A DNA stretch of 50,811 nt. Origin: a virus. The translations under genes and the position numbers were made by a program. Of the stretch, positions 5,139 to 14,543 are shown in pieces (position 1 is the first letter of the stretch; each line of letters opens with the position of its first letter). Below the pieces are notes generated by a model. It did not search any database. It was not told where the DNA came from and saw only the letters and a list, made by a program, of their open reading frames with translations. Location: IMG/VR virus record IMGVR_UViG_3300009124_000025, positions 1-50,811 of that record; one strand, 5' to 3'.

Positions 5139-8111
5139 ATGGCGACACGAAAGTTCATTCTGTCTATCGGCCAGTCGCAGGGGGCGGCGGTCAGCGAGCG
5201 GGCCAAGAACGAAGATCAGATGCCGACCACCGCGGTTCGCAACCCCGGTGTGTTCCCCAGCGCTACGATCTATTCGCGCTCGTTTACCCGCGACACGTTC
5301 GCGATGCCGGGGTCATGGCCTGACGGCTACCAGACCCTTAACCTGAAAGGTCGAGCAACAGCCGCGATCCGCAGGTTCACGCTGTTCAACCCGACGTCGA
5401 CCTTCTTCGAGATGCGTAACGTCGGCGGGACAGTTGGGGCCAATGACTACACGTGGCTCTACACGACCACCTACCCGGGCTACGCGCGGGCCGTCGACAC
5501 GCAGACGTCGACCAGCCGCGTTCGTGTTGACTTGTCGTGCGCGTTCCAAGAAGCACCCTACGGGAAGTATTTGACCCGACTGAGCACCGGGGAGCGCTTG
5601 CAGATCGCAACCGGCTCGTGGTGGTCTGCTACGACTCCTGGTCGGATTACGCTGAACTCAGCGACTCCGCTCGACCCGCCTCTGCAAACCGGCGAGGTCT
5701 TCCAGCTTGAGTTAGAAGTAGGGACGGCGGCCGGGGTGGCCACGAGCACGACGACCAAGATCGCGCCCAACGTTCGGTTCGGCGGGTTCCACGATGTCGG
5801 CAGCCAATACGAAGTGGCGTCGTCTGCCTCGCTGTCGGGCCAAGTGACGCTGGACGGGCACGACGTGGCCGCTTACCCGATCACGTGGAGCGCGCTGACG
5901 ACGGGCCAACCCGTGCAGTTCACAGCCACCAACCGATACTACCGTCCGGGCATGCGGCTCCGGTTCTCGTCGGCGGGCACGCACCCCGACATCACGGCCG
6001 CGACCATTGACTACTACGTGGTCGCCGCGGTCGACAGCGGAACTGAAACCACGGTGTCTTTGTCGACGTCGCGGAACGGGGACACGCTCACGTCGGCGGC
6101 GGGCGGCACGCCTAGCGGGTCGTGGACCGCGTCGGTCTTGCCGCAGCACATCAACTCGACGATGGCGGGCATGCGGATCCGGTTTACGTCCGGAACGCTG
6201 AACGGCTTGTCCTACCCGCTAACGGACAACACGCTGGAGTCGAACGGCAACCTAACGCTTAGAACCGGGGAGAGCATGGGCGCGACCCCCGCGGAAGCGG
6301 ACACGTTTGTCATCGAGCCTATGCCGGTAGGCGGCGAGGTTCCTGCTTGGGACGAGTGGGGTTTCTTCTTGCCGGAATGCCGAATGGACGGTCCGGCCGC
6401 GAACACCAACTTGTCGGCGATCGCAGTTACATTGCCAGCGGTGTCGTCGGGGACCGCGGTGACGATGACCGCCACGATCGGTCAACTCTACGAAGGGGCT
6501 CGGATTCGCATCTACGACAGCTACAACCTAATCACGGCTGCGGCTGTCAACTCGGTTCCGGTAACCGGGAGCATCACGGGGGCGGGTCAACTGCTGTTCG
6601 TCAAGAACTACAACTACGCCTCCGGTTCGTTCAACGTCTCGACCACTTACGGGGGAGACTCAGTAGACGACGCGACTATTGTTTCAGGAATTACCCTAGT
6701 CGCGTGGCTGGACGAGCACCCAGATCGGGGCAACCCGATGCCGCCCGGGTTCAACTACGACAACGTCGACCCTATTCCGAAGGACTACAACCCCTACTAC
6801 GGGTCCTCGACGACTCAATTCCCGAACGAGTTCGGGGCTAGTTTCACGACGTCTCTAGCTCTGCGGATGCACCAGCACATCGGGGAAGAGGTTTACCTCG
6901 TCCACGCCAATATCCCCGCTACGTCGCTTGCTCGGCGAGAAGCCTACGACGGAGATTTGCTTCTAGCCAGCAGCTTCGCGCACGGGTGGTTTGACAAGGC
7001 TGCTCAGTTGGACTGGTCGCCGAACAGCGAAGCTGACAACTGCTTCGCCATGATGAAGAAGAAGTTGATCGCGGCGAAGCGAGCCGCGGAAGCCGCGGGC
7101 GACACGCTGGAATGCTTGGGCGTTTGGAACCTGCAAGGAGAGGCTGACGCTTCGAGCGTGACGCACGCAAACGCTTACGAAGACAACCTTCGAGCGTTTG
7201 TCCGGGAAGTCCGGGAACTGCTGGTCGATCAAGGCATGTGGTCGGGGTCGGCCTCCTACATCCCCTGGTGGCAGCCTCTGATCCCGACCGGAGCGGGCTA
7301 CGTTGATTGGGGCAACACAGACTACGCCACGACCAACACGGTCAACACGGCCATCTCCAACCTTGCGGACGAAGACACGTTCTTCACGACCCGAACGCTC
7401 AGCGACGCCACGATCGGCTTCGACGGGATCCACTACCGCGGCGACTACTTGTTCACGTTGGGCGAGTATGCGTTTACTGACTGGCTGGCCGTAGCGGCTG
7501 GCGAGTCGGCTCGAACTCGGGTCGACATCAGTAACCAAGCCCTGAAGAACTTGGGCGAGACCAAGCCCATCACGTCGCTGACTGAGGACACCGCCGCCGC
7601 GCGCCTGTGCAACCGCTACTACGACGTCGCGCTTCAGTCGATGCTCGAATCGTTCCCGTGGCCTTTTGCTACGGAGACCAAGAAGTTGACCGCGAACGCG
7701 ACCAACGCGCGGTCCGGCATCGACTGGCAGTATGCCTACACCTTGCCGGTCAACTTCTTGTCCGTCGTCACCATCGGCCCGGACGTGGCGGGCGCGAACG
7801 TGATCGGCGAAGCCGACTTCGACATCGAAGGTTCGGTGCTCTACTGCAACTTGGACGACATCGTTCTGCGCTACACGGTGAAGGCTCCGGACCCGAGCAA
7901 GTATTCGCAACACTTCACCAACGCGCTGGCGTCCAAGCTGGCTGCGGAGATCGCGCCCGGACTCATGCAAGGCGAAACCGGCGTTCAGATGGCCGGGCAG
8001 ATGGAGCAGCGAGCCGTCTACTTTGTCGGGCTGGCGCAGCAGTTCTCCGCGCTGCGGGAGCGCAACACGGACAACAACGCACGAGTTCACCCTTTTGACA
8101 ACCCGTTGTAA
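5139..8111 (+). CDS. Tail tubular protein A / adaptor (T7 gp11-like C-terminal domain) with a large N-terminal extension bearing SGNH/SASA-type esterase motifs (990 aa)
   Basis: C-terminus ISNQALKNLGETKPITSLTEDTAAARLCNRYYDVALQSMLESFPWPFA...YAYTLPVNFL fits the gp11/Tube pattern. Esterase-like blocks are FILSIGQSQG, GVWNLQGEAD and DGIHY. ATG at 5139 is preferred because the GTG at 5118 lies inside the hairpin. Confidence 0.7.
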   Translation: MATRKFILSIGQSQGAAVSERAKNEDQMPTTAVRNPGVFPSATIYSRSFTRDTFAMPGSWPDGYQTLNLKGRATAAIRRFTLFNPTSTFFEMRNVGGTVGANDYTWLYTTTYPGYARAVDTQTSTSRVRVDLSCAFQEAPYGKYLTRLSTGERLQIATGSWWSATTPGRITLNSATPLDPPLQTGEVFQLELEVGTAAGVATSTTTKIAPNVRFGGFHDVGSQYEVASSASLSGQVTLDGHDVAAYPITWSALTTGQPVQFTATNRYYRPGMRLRFSSAGTHPDITAATIDYYVVAAVDSGTETTVSLSTSRNGDTLTSAAGGTPSGSWTASVLPQHINSTMAGMRIRFTSGTLNGLSYPLTDNTLESNGNLTLRTGESMGATPAEADTFVIEPMPVGGEVPAWDEWGFFLPECRMDGPAANTNLSAIAVTLPAVSSGTAVTMTATIGQLYEGARIRIYDSYNLITAAAVNSVPVTGSITGAGQLLFVKNYNYASGSFNVSTTYGGDSVDDATIVSGITLVAWLDEHPDRGNPMPPGFNYDNVDPIPKDYNPYYGSSTTQFPNEFGASFTTSLALRMHQHIGEEVYLVHANIPATSLARREAYDGDLLLASSFAHGWFDKAAQLDWSPNSEADNCFAMMKKKLIAAKRAAEAAGDTLECLGVWNLQGEADASSVTHANAYEDNLRAFVREVRELLVDQGMWSGSASYIPWWQPLIPTGAGYVDWGNTDYATTNTVNTAISNLADEDTFFTTRTLSDATIGFDGIHYRGDYLFTLGEYAFTDWLAVAAGESARTRVDISNQALKNLGETKPITSLTEDTAAARLCNRYYDVALQSMLESFPWPFATETKKLTANATNARSGIDWQYAYTLPVNFLSVVTIGPDVAGANVIGEADFDIEGSVLYCNLDDIVLRYTVKAPDPSKYSQHFTNALASKLAAEIAPGLMQGETGVQMAGQMEQRAVYFVGLAQQFSALRERNTDNNARVHPFDNPL

Positions 8112-11100
8112 TGGCTGTCGCTAAGCTGCAAACGTCGTTCAACTCCGGCGAGATCAGCCCGGAGTTGTTTGCTCGCCCAGAGCTTCAGTTGCACAAGATG
8201 GGCGCGGCTACCCTGAAGAATTGGGTAGCTAAGACAAGCGGAGCCGCGCAACTCCGGCCCGGGTTTGAGCACGTCGACTCTTTGCCGGGCAAGACGCGCA
8301 TGATCCCGTTCCGCTTAGACGGCAACGACATGGTCATCGCCATGCGCGCGGGCAAGTTCACGTTCTACGAAAACGGACTCCCCGTGTCTGTTGCTGGGGG
8401 CGTCAACGACGTGTTTAAGATCAGCGATCAAGCTAGCCCGGGTTCGATTGACCTAGGAACCAACACGCTAACTTTCGACCGCAGCCACGATTTCCAAGAC
8501 CTAGAGACGGTGGTTGTCGAGTCGTCCGACGTGATGCCGGGCAGCGTGGCCACCGTCTTCGACTACGAAGCGCGCCCGCAGGGTCCTCGCGGTCTGCAAC
8601 TCAAGTATCTAAGCAACGACCCGATTTCTATTACGTCTACGGGTTCAGGTGAGTTGTATGCGTGGAAGAAAGATCAACTGCCACGCGACTACCAAATCCC
8701 GATCCCGCTAGCCGACACCGGGGGTGGTGGCTCCCCTTCCATCTTGGCGGAAGACGCAGATCGCAGCATCGTGCGGCTAACTAATCCACACGGCTTCCGA
8801 AAGGGCGACCAGTTTTACTGGACAAAAGATGCGACCGGTTCGTCGCCCGCAACTCAAAACCCAGGGTTTTCGTTTATCAGCTACGACGACCGAAAGTTTG
8901 AAGTCAGCGCGGTGTCCTTTGACGCGCTTGGCGCATCGTCGGCGTCTACCGCTAACGACTTCGTAGGCGTCCAACCCCGGTGGGGCATTAACATCTACCG
9001 GACGGACACGGCGGGCAACCGACCTTTTGCCAACACGGTTTACGCGACGCGCTGGTATTTGAAGGGGACTGTTCTTTACTTGAGGGCAAGTTACGGAAGC
9101 CCTGATTTTTCCGCAGGCGACTACATCGTCGCGACGCAAGACGTATCTGCGTCCCTTAGCGGACCCACAATTGCAGATGGGTGGGCGCTTAAGACTGACT
9201 CGGAACCGTGGTTGGGGTTAGACAACGACTACGCTGAAGACGACCTGTTCGAGATCACCTATGCGCAAACTGAAAAGAAGATTCGGTTGGCGCACCGTGA
9301 TTACCCGACGTTGGAGTTGTCGCGGTTAGACGACGGAACTTGGACCAGCCAGACACTGTTCAACGAGCAAGTCAATTTTACCGCTTCTGTTTCCGCTACC
9401 CCAGGCGCTCAGATCGGAATCGCGGCAGCGTATGATGTTAGCGGCACGTCTGCCATACGGTTTAGGTTGACTCAAGATGCAGGGCTCGGGCCAGGAGATC
9501 TTCTCTACATCAGCGGTGTCCCCAACCTGACAAACGGGTTTTATGTTTGCGGCCCCGTTGTGAATAACGGGGTCGACATCGTGTCAATTGTCAACTTGAG
9601 CGGAGCCTTGACGGGTCCGTCAAGCAACTCGAACGCAGGGACTATTATTGTCGCGGACTCGACAGCAAAGGCGAATCAACGCTACATCGTCACGGCGGTA
9701 GACGACAAAGGCCAAGAGTTTAACCGGTCGACCATTACCACTTCTGTCTTTAACCTGCTGCAAAACGCAGAAGCGTTCAACACGATTAGTTGGACGGCTC
9801 AAGAAGGGGCTAGCGCCTACCGAATCTACAAAGAAGAAGACGGCATTGAACTGTTTGGCTTTATCGCTGAGACCGGGGCCGTCACGTTTGACGACCGCAA
9901 CATCGAGCCAGACTTTGGTCGATTAGCCCCTGAGCTAGACACAACGCTAGTAACCGACCCGCCCGCCGCGGTCGCATTCTACGACCAACGCGGCGTGTTC
10001 GGAGGAACAAACCGAGACCCGCAAAAGCTGTTGCTGTCTTCGGTGGGCCGAGACTCAGATCTGGTGTCGCGTTTGATCCCGCTAGACGACGACCGGATCT
10101 CGTTGCAGATCGCCAGTCGAGAAGGGCAAACTATTCGGCACATCGTCCCGGTGTCTGAGTTGCTTATTTTCACCGACACGTGCGAGTGGGCGCTGACAAC
10201 TAAGAACACCGACACGCTCACCCCATCTAGCGCCACGATCCGCTTGCAGACAACTGTCGGGTCTAACTACGTTCGGCCGCAGGTCCTGAACAATTCGGTG
10301 CTGTTCTGCTCTAAGAGCGACCACGTGCACCGGATGAGTTACCAAATGCAGGAAAACGGCTTTGGTGGTTTGGACTTGTCGACCAAGGCGGGGCACTTGT
10401 TTGATGACTACGTGTTGACCGATTCGGCCAGTCAAACGTCCAGACTTCCGGTCGCGTGGTATGTCAACAGCGCCGGGTGGCTGCTCGGCTTGACCTACTC
10501 GCAGGAAGAAAAGGTGTCCGGTTGGCACCGACATCACTTGGCGAAAGGCATGAAAGCCACGTCGGTGGCTGTTGCCACGGAAGGGGCCGAAGACCGGTTA
10601 TACATGTCGGCGGAAGACGCAGACGGAAACCACGTCTTGCTGCGCTGGGGCATCGTGAACATCACCGGGGTGATGGACACGGTGCACTTGGACAACGCTC
10701 GACGGACCAAGCGTTCCGAAGAAAGCGCCGCAACGTTGACGATCACCGGGTCTAACGCACCGGGGTCAGACGTTCGCGTCACTGCGTCCGCTCCGGCGTT
10801 CGATCCAGACTGCGTCGGCGAGCAGTTGTTCGTCACCGACTTGGGCCTGATCGGGCGCATCAAGACGCGGACGTCTAGGACCGAAATCGTTGTCACGCTT
10901 ATCGACAAGGGTTCGTTTAAGGCTAGCAGCACCACGTCGACTTCGTGGGGCGTGACGGTATCCCATGAGCGAGTCCCGCATCTGTCGGGTTCGGTTGATG
11001 CGCTTTTGCAGAAGCCGGACGGGACCGTCAAGCTAACCACGGTTGACGTGGTCGACGGCGTGGCCCGACTCCCGTATCCGTGCCAAGCCGTCCACTTGGG

Positions 11101-11407
11101 CCACAAGTTCGACAACGAACTTCGAACGCTTCCCGCATCGCTTCAGATCGAAGCAGCAGGCATCGGTCGGCTTAAGTCGGTCGACCGGGTCGACGTTCAA
11201 CTGTTCGAGACGGCCGGGTTGTCGGTGGGTCCGGACGCGGACACGCAGTCGGCTATTTCGCCAGAGTCTTTAACACTCACGTCTGAACTAAAGACGGAAA
11301 CGGTAGAAGCTACGTGGAGCCCTGACGGGCAAGTGTCTTTTGTTCAGAAGATGGCAGTTCCCGCAACGGTGGCGGGCGTCACGCTCAACGTCAATCTTGG
11401 AGGGTAA
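8111..11407 (+). CDS. Tail tubular protein B / nozzle (T7 gp12-like position), 1098 aa
   Basis: TAATG overlap with the gp11-like gene. N-terminus MAVAKLQTSFNSGEISPELFARPELQLHKMGAATLKNW...LRPG parallels the gp12-type N-terminal pattern. Size and synteny agree. Confidence 0.7.
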   Translation: MAVAKLQTSFNSGEISPELFARPELQLHKMGAATLKNWVAKTSGAAQLRPGFEHVDSLPGKTRMIPFRLDGNDMVIAMRAGKFTFYENGLPVSVAGGVNDVFKISDQASPGSIDLGTNTLTFDRSHDFQDLETVVVESSDVMPGSVATVFDYEARPQGPRGLQLKYLSNDPISITSTGSGELYAWKKDQLPRDYQIPIPLADTGGGGSPSILAEDADRSIVRLTNPHGFRKGDQFYWTKDATGSSPATQNPGFSFISYDDRKFEVSAVSFDALGASSASTANDFVGVQPRWGINIYRTDTAGNRPFANTVYATRWYLKGTVLYLRASYGSPDFSAGDYIVATQDVSASLSGPTIADGWALKTDSEPWLGLDNDYAEDDLFEITYAQTEKKIRLAHRDYPTLELSRLDDGTWTSQTLFNEQVNFTASVSATPGAQIGIAAAYDVSGTSAIRFRLTQDAGLGPGDLLYISGVPNLTNGFYVCGPVVNNGVDIVSIVNLSGALTGPSSNSNAGTIIVADSTAKANQRYIVTAVDDKGQEFNRSTITTSVFNLLQNAEAFNTISWTAQEGASAYRIYKEEDGIELFGFIAETGAVTFDDRNIEPDFGRLAPELDTTLVTDPPAAVAFYDQRGVFGGTNRDPQKLLLSSVGRDSDLVSRLIPLDDDRISLQIASREGQTIRHIVPVSELLIFTDTCEWALTTKNTDTLTPSSATIRLQTTVGSNYVRPQVLNNSVLFCSKSDHVHRMSYQMQENGFGGLDLSTKAGHLFDDYVLTDSASQTSRLPVAWYVNSAGWLLGLTYSQEEKVSGWHRHHLAKGMKATSVAVATEGAEDRLYMSAEDADGNHVLLRWGIVNITGVMDTVHLDNARRTKRSEESAATLTITGSNAPGSDVRVTASAPAFDPDCVGEQLFVTDLGLIGRIKTRTSRTEIVVTLIDKGSFKASSTTSTSWGVTVSHERVPHLSGSVDALLQKPDGTVKLTTVDVVDGVARLPYPCQAVHLGHKFDNELRTLPASLQIEAAGIGRLKSVDRVDVQLFETAGLSVGPDADTQSAISPESLTLTSELKTETVEATWSPDGQVSFVQKMAVPATVAGVTLNVNLGG

Positions 11408-11409
11408 CC

Positions 11410-12063
11410 ATGGCCACCGGTTACATGTTTGACAAGTCTTTCACCGCGGCGATGGACGCGGCCAAGCAGCGGCAAGCGTTCATCAACAACCTAAGTGATT
11501 TCAGTTTTGCGATGTCGATCGGCGGCGCGGTGTCGTCTGCGATCGGGGCTTACTACCAGTTGGTTAACCAGAAGAACCAACTCAAGTCGCAAGCTTTGTC
11601 GATGGAGTTCGCGAGCCAAACCGCGGAGTTGAACGCCAACCTTGCCGAGCAGCAAGTCGCTCGCATTCGAGAGTCTGCGGAAAACGAAATCGGCCGCAGC
11701 AACATGGAATACGCGCAGCAAAAAGGCGCGGCTCGCGCGTCAGCCGGAGGGCGAGGAGTCGTCGTAGACCAAGGTTCTTCCGCAGAGCAGCAGCGAGCCA
11801 TCGACTTGGTTAAGCACATCGACGCGTTGACCATCACGTTGAACGCGGAAGGCCAGATGTCTGATGTGATGATGGAGGCCGCAAACCAGCGAGCCAGCGC
11901 TGCGCTCAGTCGCGTGTCGGCGAAGAACATCAGCAAGACCGCAAAATCGCTGTCTCCTGAAGGTGCGTTTTTGGCTACTGCGGTCGGCGGCGCGGGCAAG
12001 GTAGCGTCCATGTATTACGACCAGTTCGCGTCTCGCAACCGCAGGTTTGGGGGCATCCTTTAG
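11410..12063 (+). CDS. Internal virion / ejection protein (gp14-position), 217 aa
   Basis: Synteny after the nozzle. Has a hydrophobic segment (FSFAMSIGGAVSSAIGAYY), an A/Q-rich helical body and a GGAGKVASMYY C-terminus. Confidence 0.55.
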   Translation: MATGYMFDKSFTAAMDAAKQRQAFINNLSDFSFAMSIGGAVSSAIGAYYQLVNQKNQLKSQALSMEFASQTAELNANLAEQQVARIRESAENEIGRSNMEYAQQKGAARASAGGRGVVVDQGSSAEQQRAIDLVKHIDALTITLNAEGQMSDVMMEAANQRASAALSRVSAKNISKTAKSLSPEGAFLATAVGGAGKVASMYYDQFASRNRRFGGIL

Positions 12064-14543
12064 TGGTTACACCGCGACAATCGTTGCGCGTTTCCGGCGG
12101 GGCGCGGGCTCAGCAGCAGCGCGGCGTCACCCCGTTCCAAGCGTCTAACGAAGCGTCCCTAGTAGGCGACGCCATGCTGACGGCGGGGGTGCAGGGCTTC
12201 CAGCTATCCAAGGCGATGCAGGAAGACTTGGACCAAGCGAACACAAGGATGGCCATCACGCGGTTGTCTGAGCTTCTCAACACGACCGAAGCGGAGTTTG
12301 ATCAAGTCGGCGGGGCTGACGCTGCTGAGGTCTTTACGAAAACTCAGGCCAAGTTGCAGGAGGGCAGGTCCGAGCTTGAGAAGTCGTTGACGTCAAGTCG
12401 TCAACGTCAAGCGTTTGGCCTCGCCGCTGACGCCCGGATGAACGCTGCGTTGACCCGCATGTCGTCTACCCGGGCGAAAAAACTGAAGGACTACAACATC
12501 GCGGCCACGACCGCGACCGTGCAAGAAGCGATTACGAACCGAGTCAACGCGTTCTTAAAAGGCGACGTCCGCGGTTGGATTGCGCACTCGGCTGAGATGA
12601 CGCAGACCATGGACCATCTCGCTCAGCTAACTCAGATCCCGCCAGAAGCTGCCGCGGTGGCGAAAGAGCAGGCTGAGTCAGAAATCCACGCCAACATCAT
12701 GGACGGCTTGCTCAACCAGGGTAAGACGTCGCGCGCTCGCGGGTTCTTGGAAGAGCACGGAGAGATGATCCAAGACCCGGTTAAGCGCACCGGGTTGGAG
12801 AAACGGTTGCAGGCCGCGGAAGACGACGAGGTCGCAGAGCGGGTGATCGACGACATCCGACGAGAGCATCCGACCAGCATCGTTGATCAGCGTCGAGCGC
12901 TTCGAAGCATGAAGCTGTCGGAGGGTGCCCGAAAGAAAGCGCTCGCCAGTCTTCGCTACATGTTCAGCGAAGACCGCGACGAGCGCGAGCGGGAGCGTGC
13001 TGAAGCGCTAGAAGACGCGGAAAACCTAGTCAAACTTGGGCGCCCGCTCCCCGAATCGTTGTCGTCTCGTCTCCGAGATTTGGGGGTGCTAGAGAAGTTT
13101 CAGGCCGCAAACTTCAGGGCGAACAAGCCGCACCCGCGGGAGACGAACGAAGCAGGCAAGTTGCTGATGCTCAAGTTCATCGCGCAACCGTCCACGATGT
13201 TGGAGTTCGGGACCCCAGAAGCGCTGCTCAACGCGGTTCGATTCTCGATGTCGGACGCAGACTTGAAGCAACTTGCGGGCATGTGGGACCAAGCCGTAAA
13301 CCGGCAACTCAACGCCAACGAAATCGTCAAGCGCTACACAGCGGGCAAAGGATCGAGCGCAGGAACCCGGTCCCCGGGGGTTAGCGACGGCATCGCTAAG
13401 TTTGACGGGCTCAAGGCTGACCGCGCGCAGATGCTGTTAAACCAGCTTCGGCACTCGTATCCGGATTCCTACGGTCAAAATCTGGCTCAACCCAAAGACT
13501 TGACCTCCGAGCTTGCGACGGAGTTCTACACGTTGCTCCCGCAAGTCGACGCTGCGGCTAACCGAATTGCGAAGACAGAACAACGCAACCCGAACGAACA
13601 CGAAATCTACCAGCGAGCGATTGATGAAGTCTTAGCGTTGCGCACTTCTAGCGGCCGACCTTACGCGGGACTTGGCCCGGTCGATCGAGAAGCCGCAGAG
13701 CTAGTTATGCCGGACGGGGGGAGGTTCACCCCAGAAATGATGCTGGCCCCCGGTGAGACCGACCCCGCGCTGGCCAAACGTCGACTAGAAAACGCGTTTG
13801 AACAGATCCGCCTTTCTACGGCGCAAAGCTTGCTGAAGCGACAAGACCCTCTGAAGGAATGGGACACGTTGACGCAGGTAGAACGCGACGCGTATGTGCA
13901 AACCGCGGAAGACTTAGTGACGGACTCGATGGCCTACGAAGTGGTTTACGAAGCCCGAAAGCGACTTAACGAACTGCAAGGCACAGCGCGCGAGACGCTG
14001 GATGAATACGACGTTATCAGCGAAGAACTTGAGCGGGCGTCTTCGTTGGGCATGGACGCTCTGAGCCCTGAGCTTAAAGAACGCTCCGCAGGCATCCGTC
14101 TAGGCGAAGGTTTGTGGTCTGCTTGGACGCAGCAGGAGGAGACGCGTCGGTTCGATCAGATGGGCGCGACAGACGTGGAAGTGTTCGTCGAGACGTGGCC
14201 TCGGTTCTACGAGTTGTATGGTTCCCAACTCGCAGCGGTGGGCGGGGCTGGCCCCGGCGTCGGCGTCAACCAGATGTTTGGGCCAGGGCCGACAAACGCA
14301 AACAACGCTAGCGCTGCGGAGGCGCAAATGCGTAACGCCATGGTCAAGATCTTGTTCGGGAACGCGAACCCGTCTGAGCAACAAGCTATTTCGAACGCGG
14401 CGCGAATTGGTGACCGGCCGCAAGGACCGTCGCAACGGCAATTTGTCGACGCTATGCGTTCTCGGTTTGGCATTGAGGACGAAGTTGGAACTCCAGAGTT
14501 CTACATCCAGTTTGGTGAGATCGCTAAGAGGTTCCGCAGGTGA
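12063..14543 (+). CDS. Internal virion / ejection protein (gp15-position), 826 aa
   Basis: TAGTG overlap with the upstream gene. Long helical, charged sequence. Synteny agrees. No enzymatic motif recognised. Confidence 0.55.
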   Translation: MVTPRQSLRVSGGARAQQQRGVTPFQASNEASLVGDAMLTAGVQGFQLSKAMQEDLDQANTRMAITRLSELLNTTEAEFDQVGGADAAEVFTKTQAKLQEGRSELEKSLTSSRQRQAFGLAADARMNAALTRMSSTRAKKLKDYNIAATTATVQEAITNRVNAFLKGDVRGWIAHSAEMTQTMDHLAQLTQIPPEAAAVAKEQAESEIHANIMDGLLNQGKTSRARGFLEEHGEMIQDPVKRTGLEKRLQAAEDDEVAERVIDDIRREHPTSIVDQRRALRSMKLSEGARKKALASLRYMFSEDRDERERERAEALEDAENLVKLGRPLPESLSSRLRDLGVLEKFQAANFRANKPHPRETNEAGKLLMLKFIAQPSTMLEFGTPEALLNAVRFSMSDADLKQLAGMWDQAVNRQLNANEIVKRYTAGKGSSAGTRSPGVSDGIAKFDGLKADRAQMLLNQLRHSYPDSYGQNLAQPKDLTSELATEFYTLLPQVDAAANRIAKTEQRNPNEHEIYQRAIDEVLALRTSSGRPYAGLGPVDREAAELVMPDGGRFTPEMMLAPGETDPALAKRRLENAFEQIRLSTAQSLLKRQDPLKEWDTLTQVERDAYVQTAEDLVTDSMAYEVVYEARKRLNELQGTARETLDEYDVISEELERASSLGMDALSPELKERSAGIRLGEGLWSAWTQQEETRRFDQMGATDVEVFVETWPRFYELYGSQLAAVGGAGPGVGVNQMFGPGPTNANNASAAEAQMRNAMVKILFGNANPSEQQAISNAARIGDRPQGPSQRQFVDAMRSRFGIEDEVGTPEFYIQFGEIAKRFRR

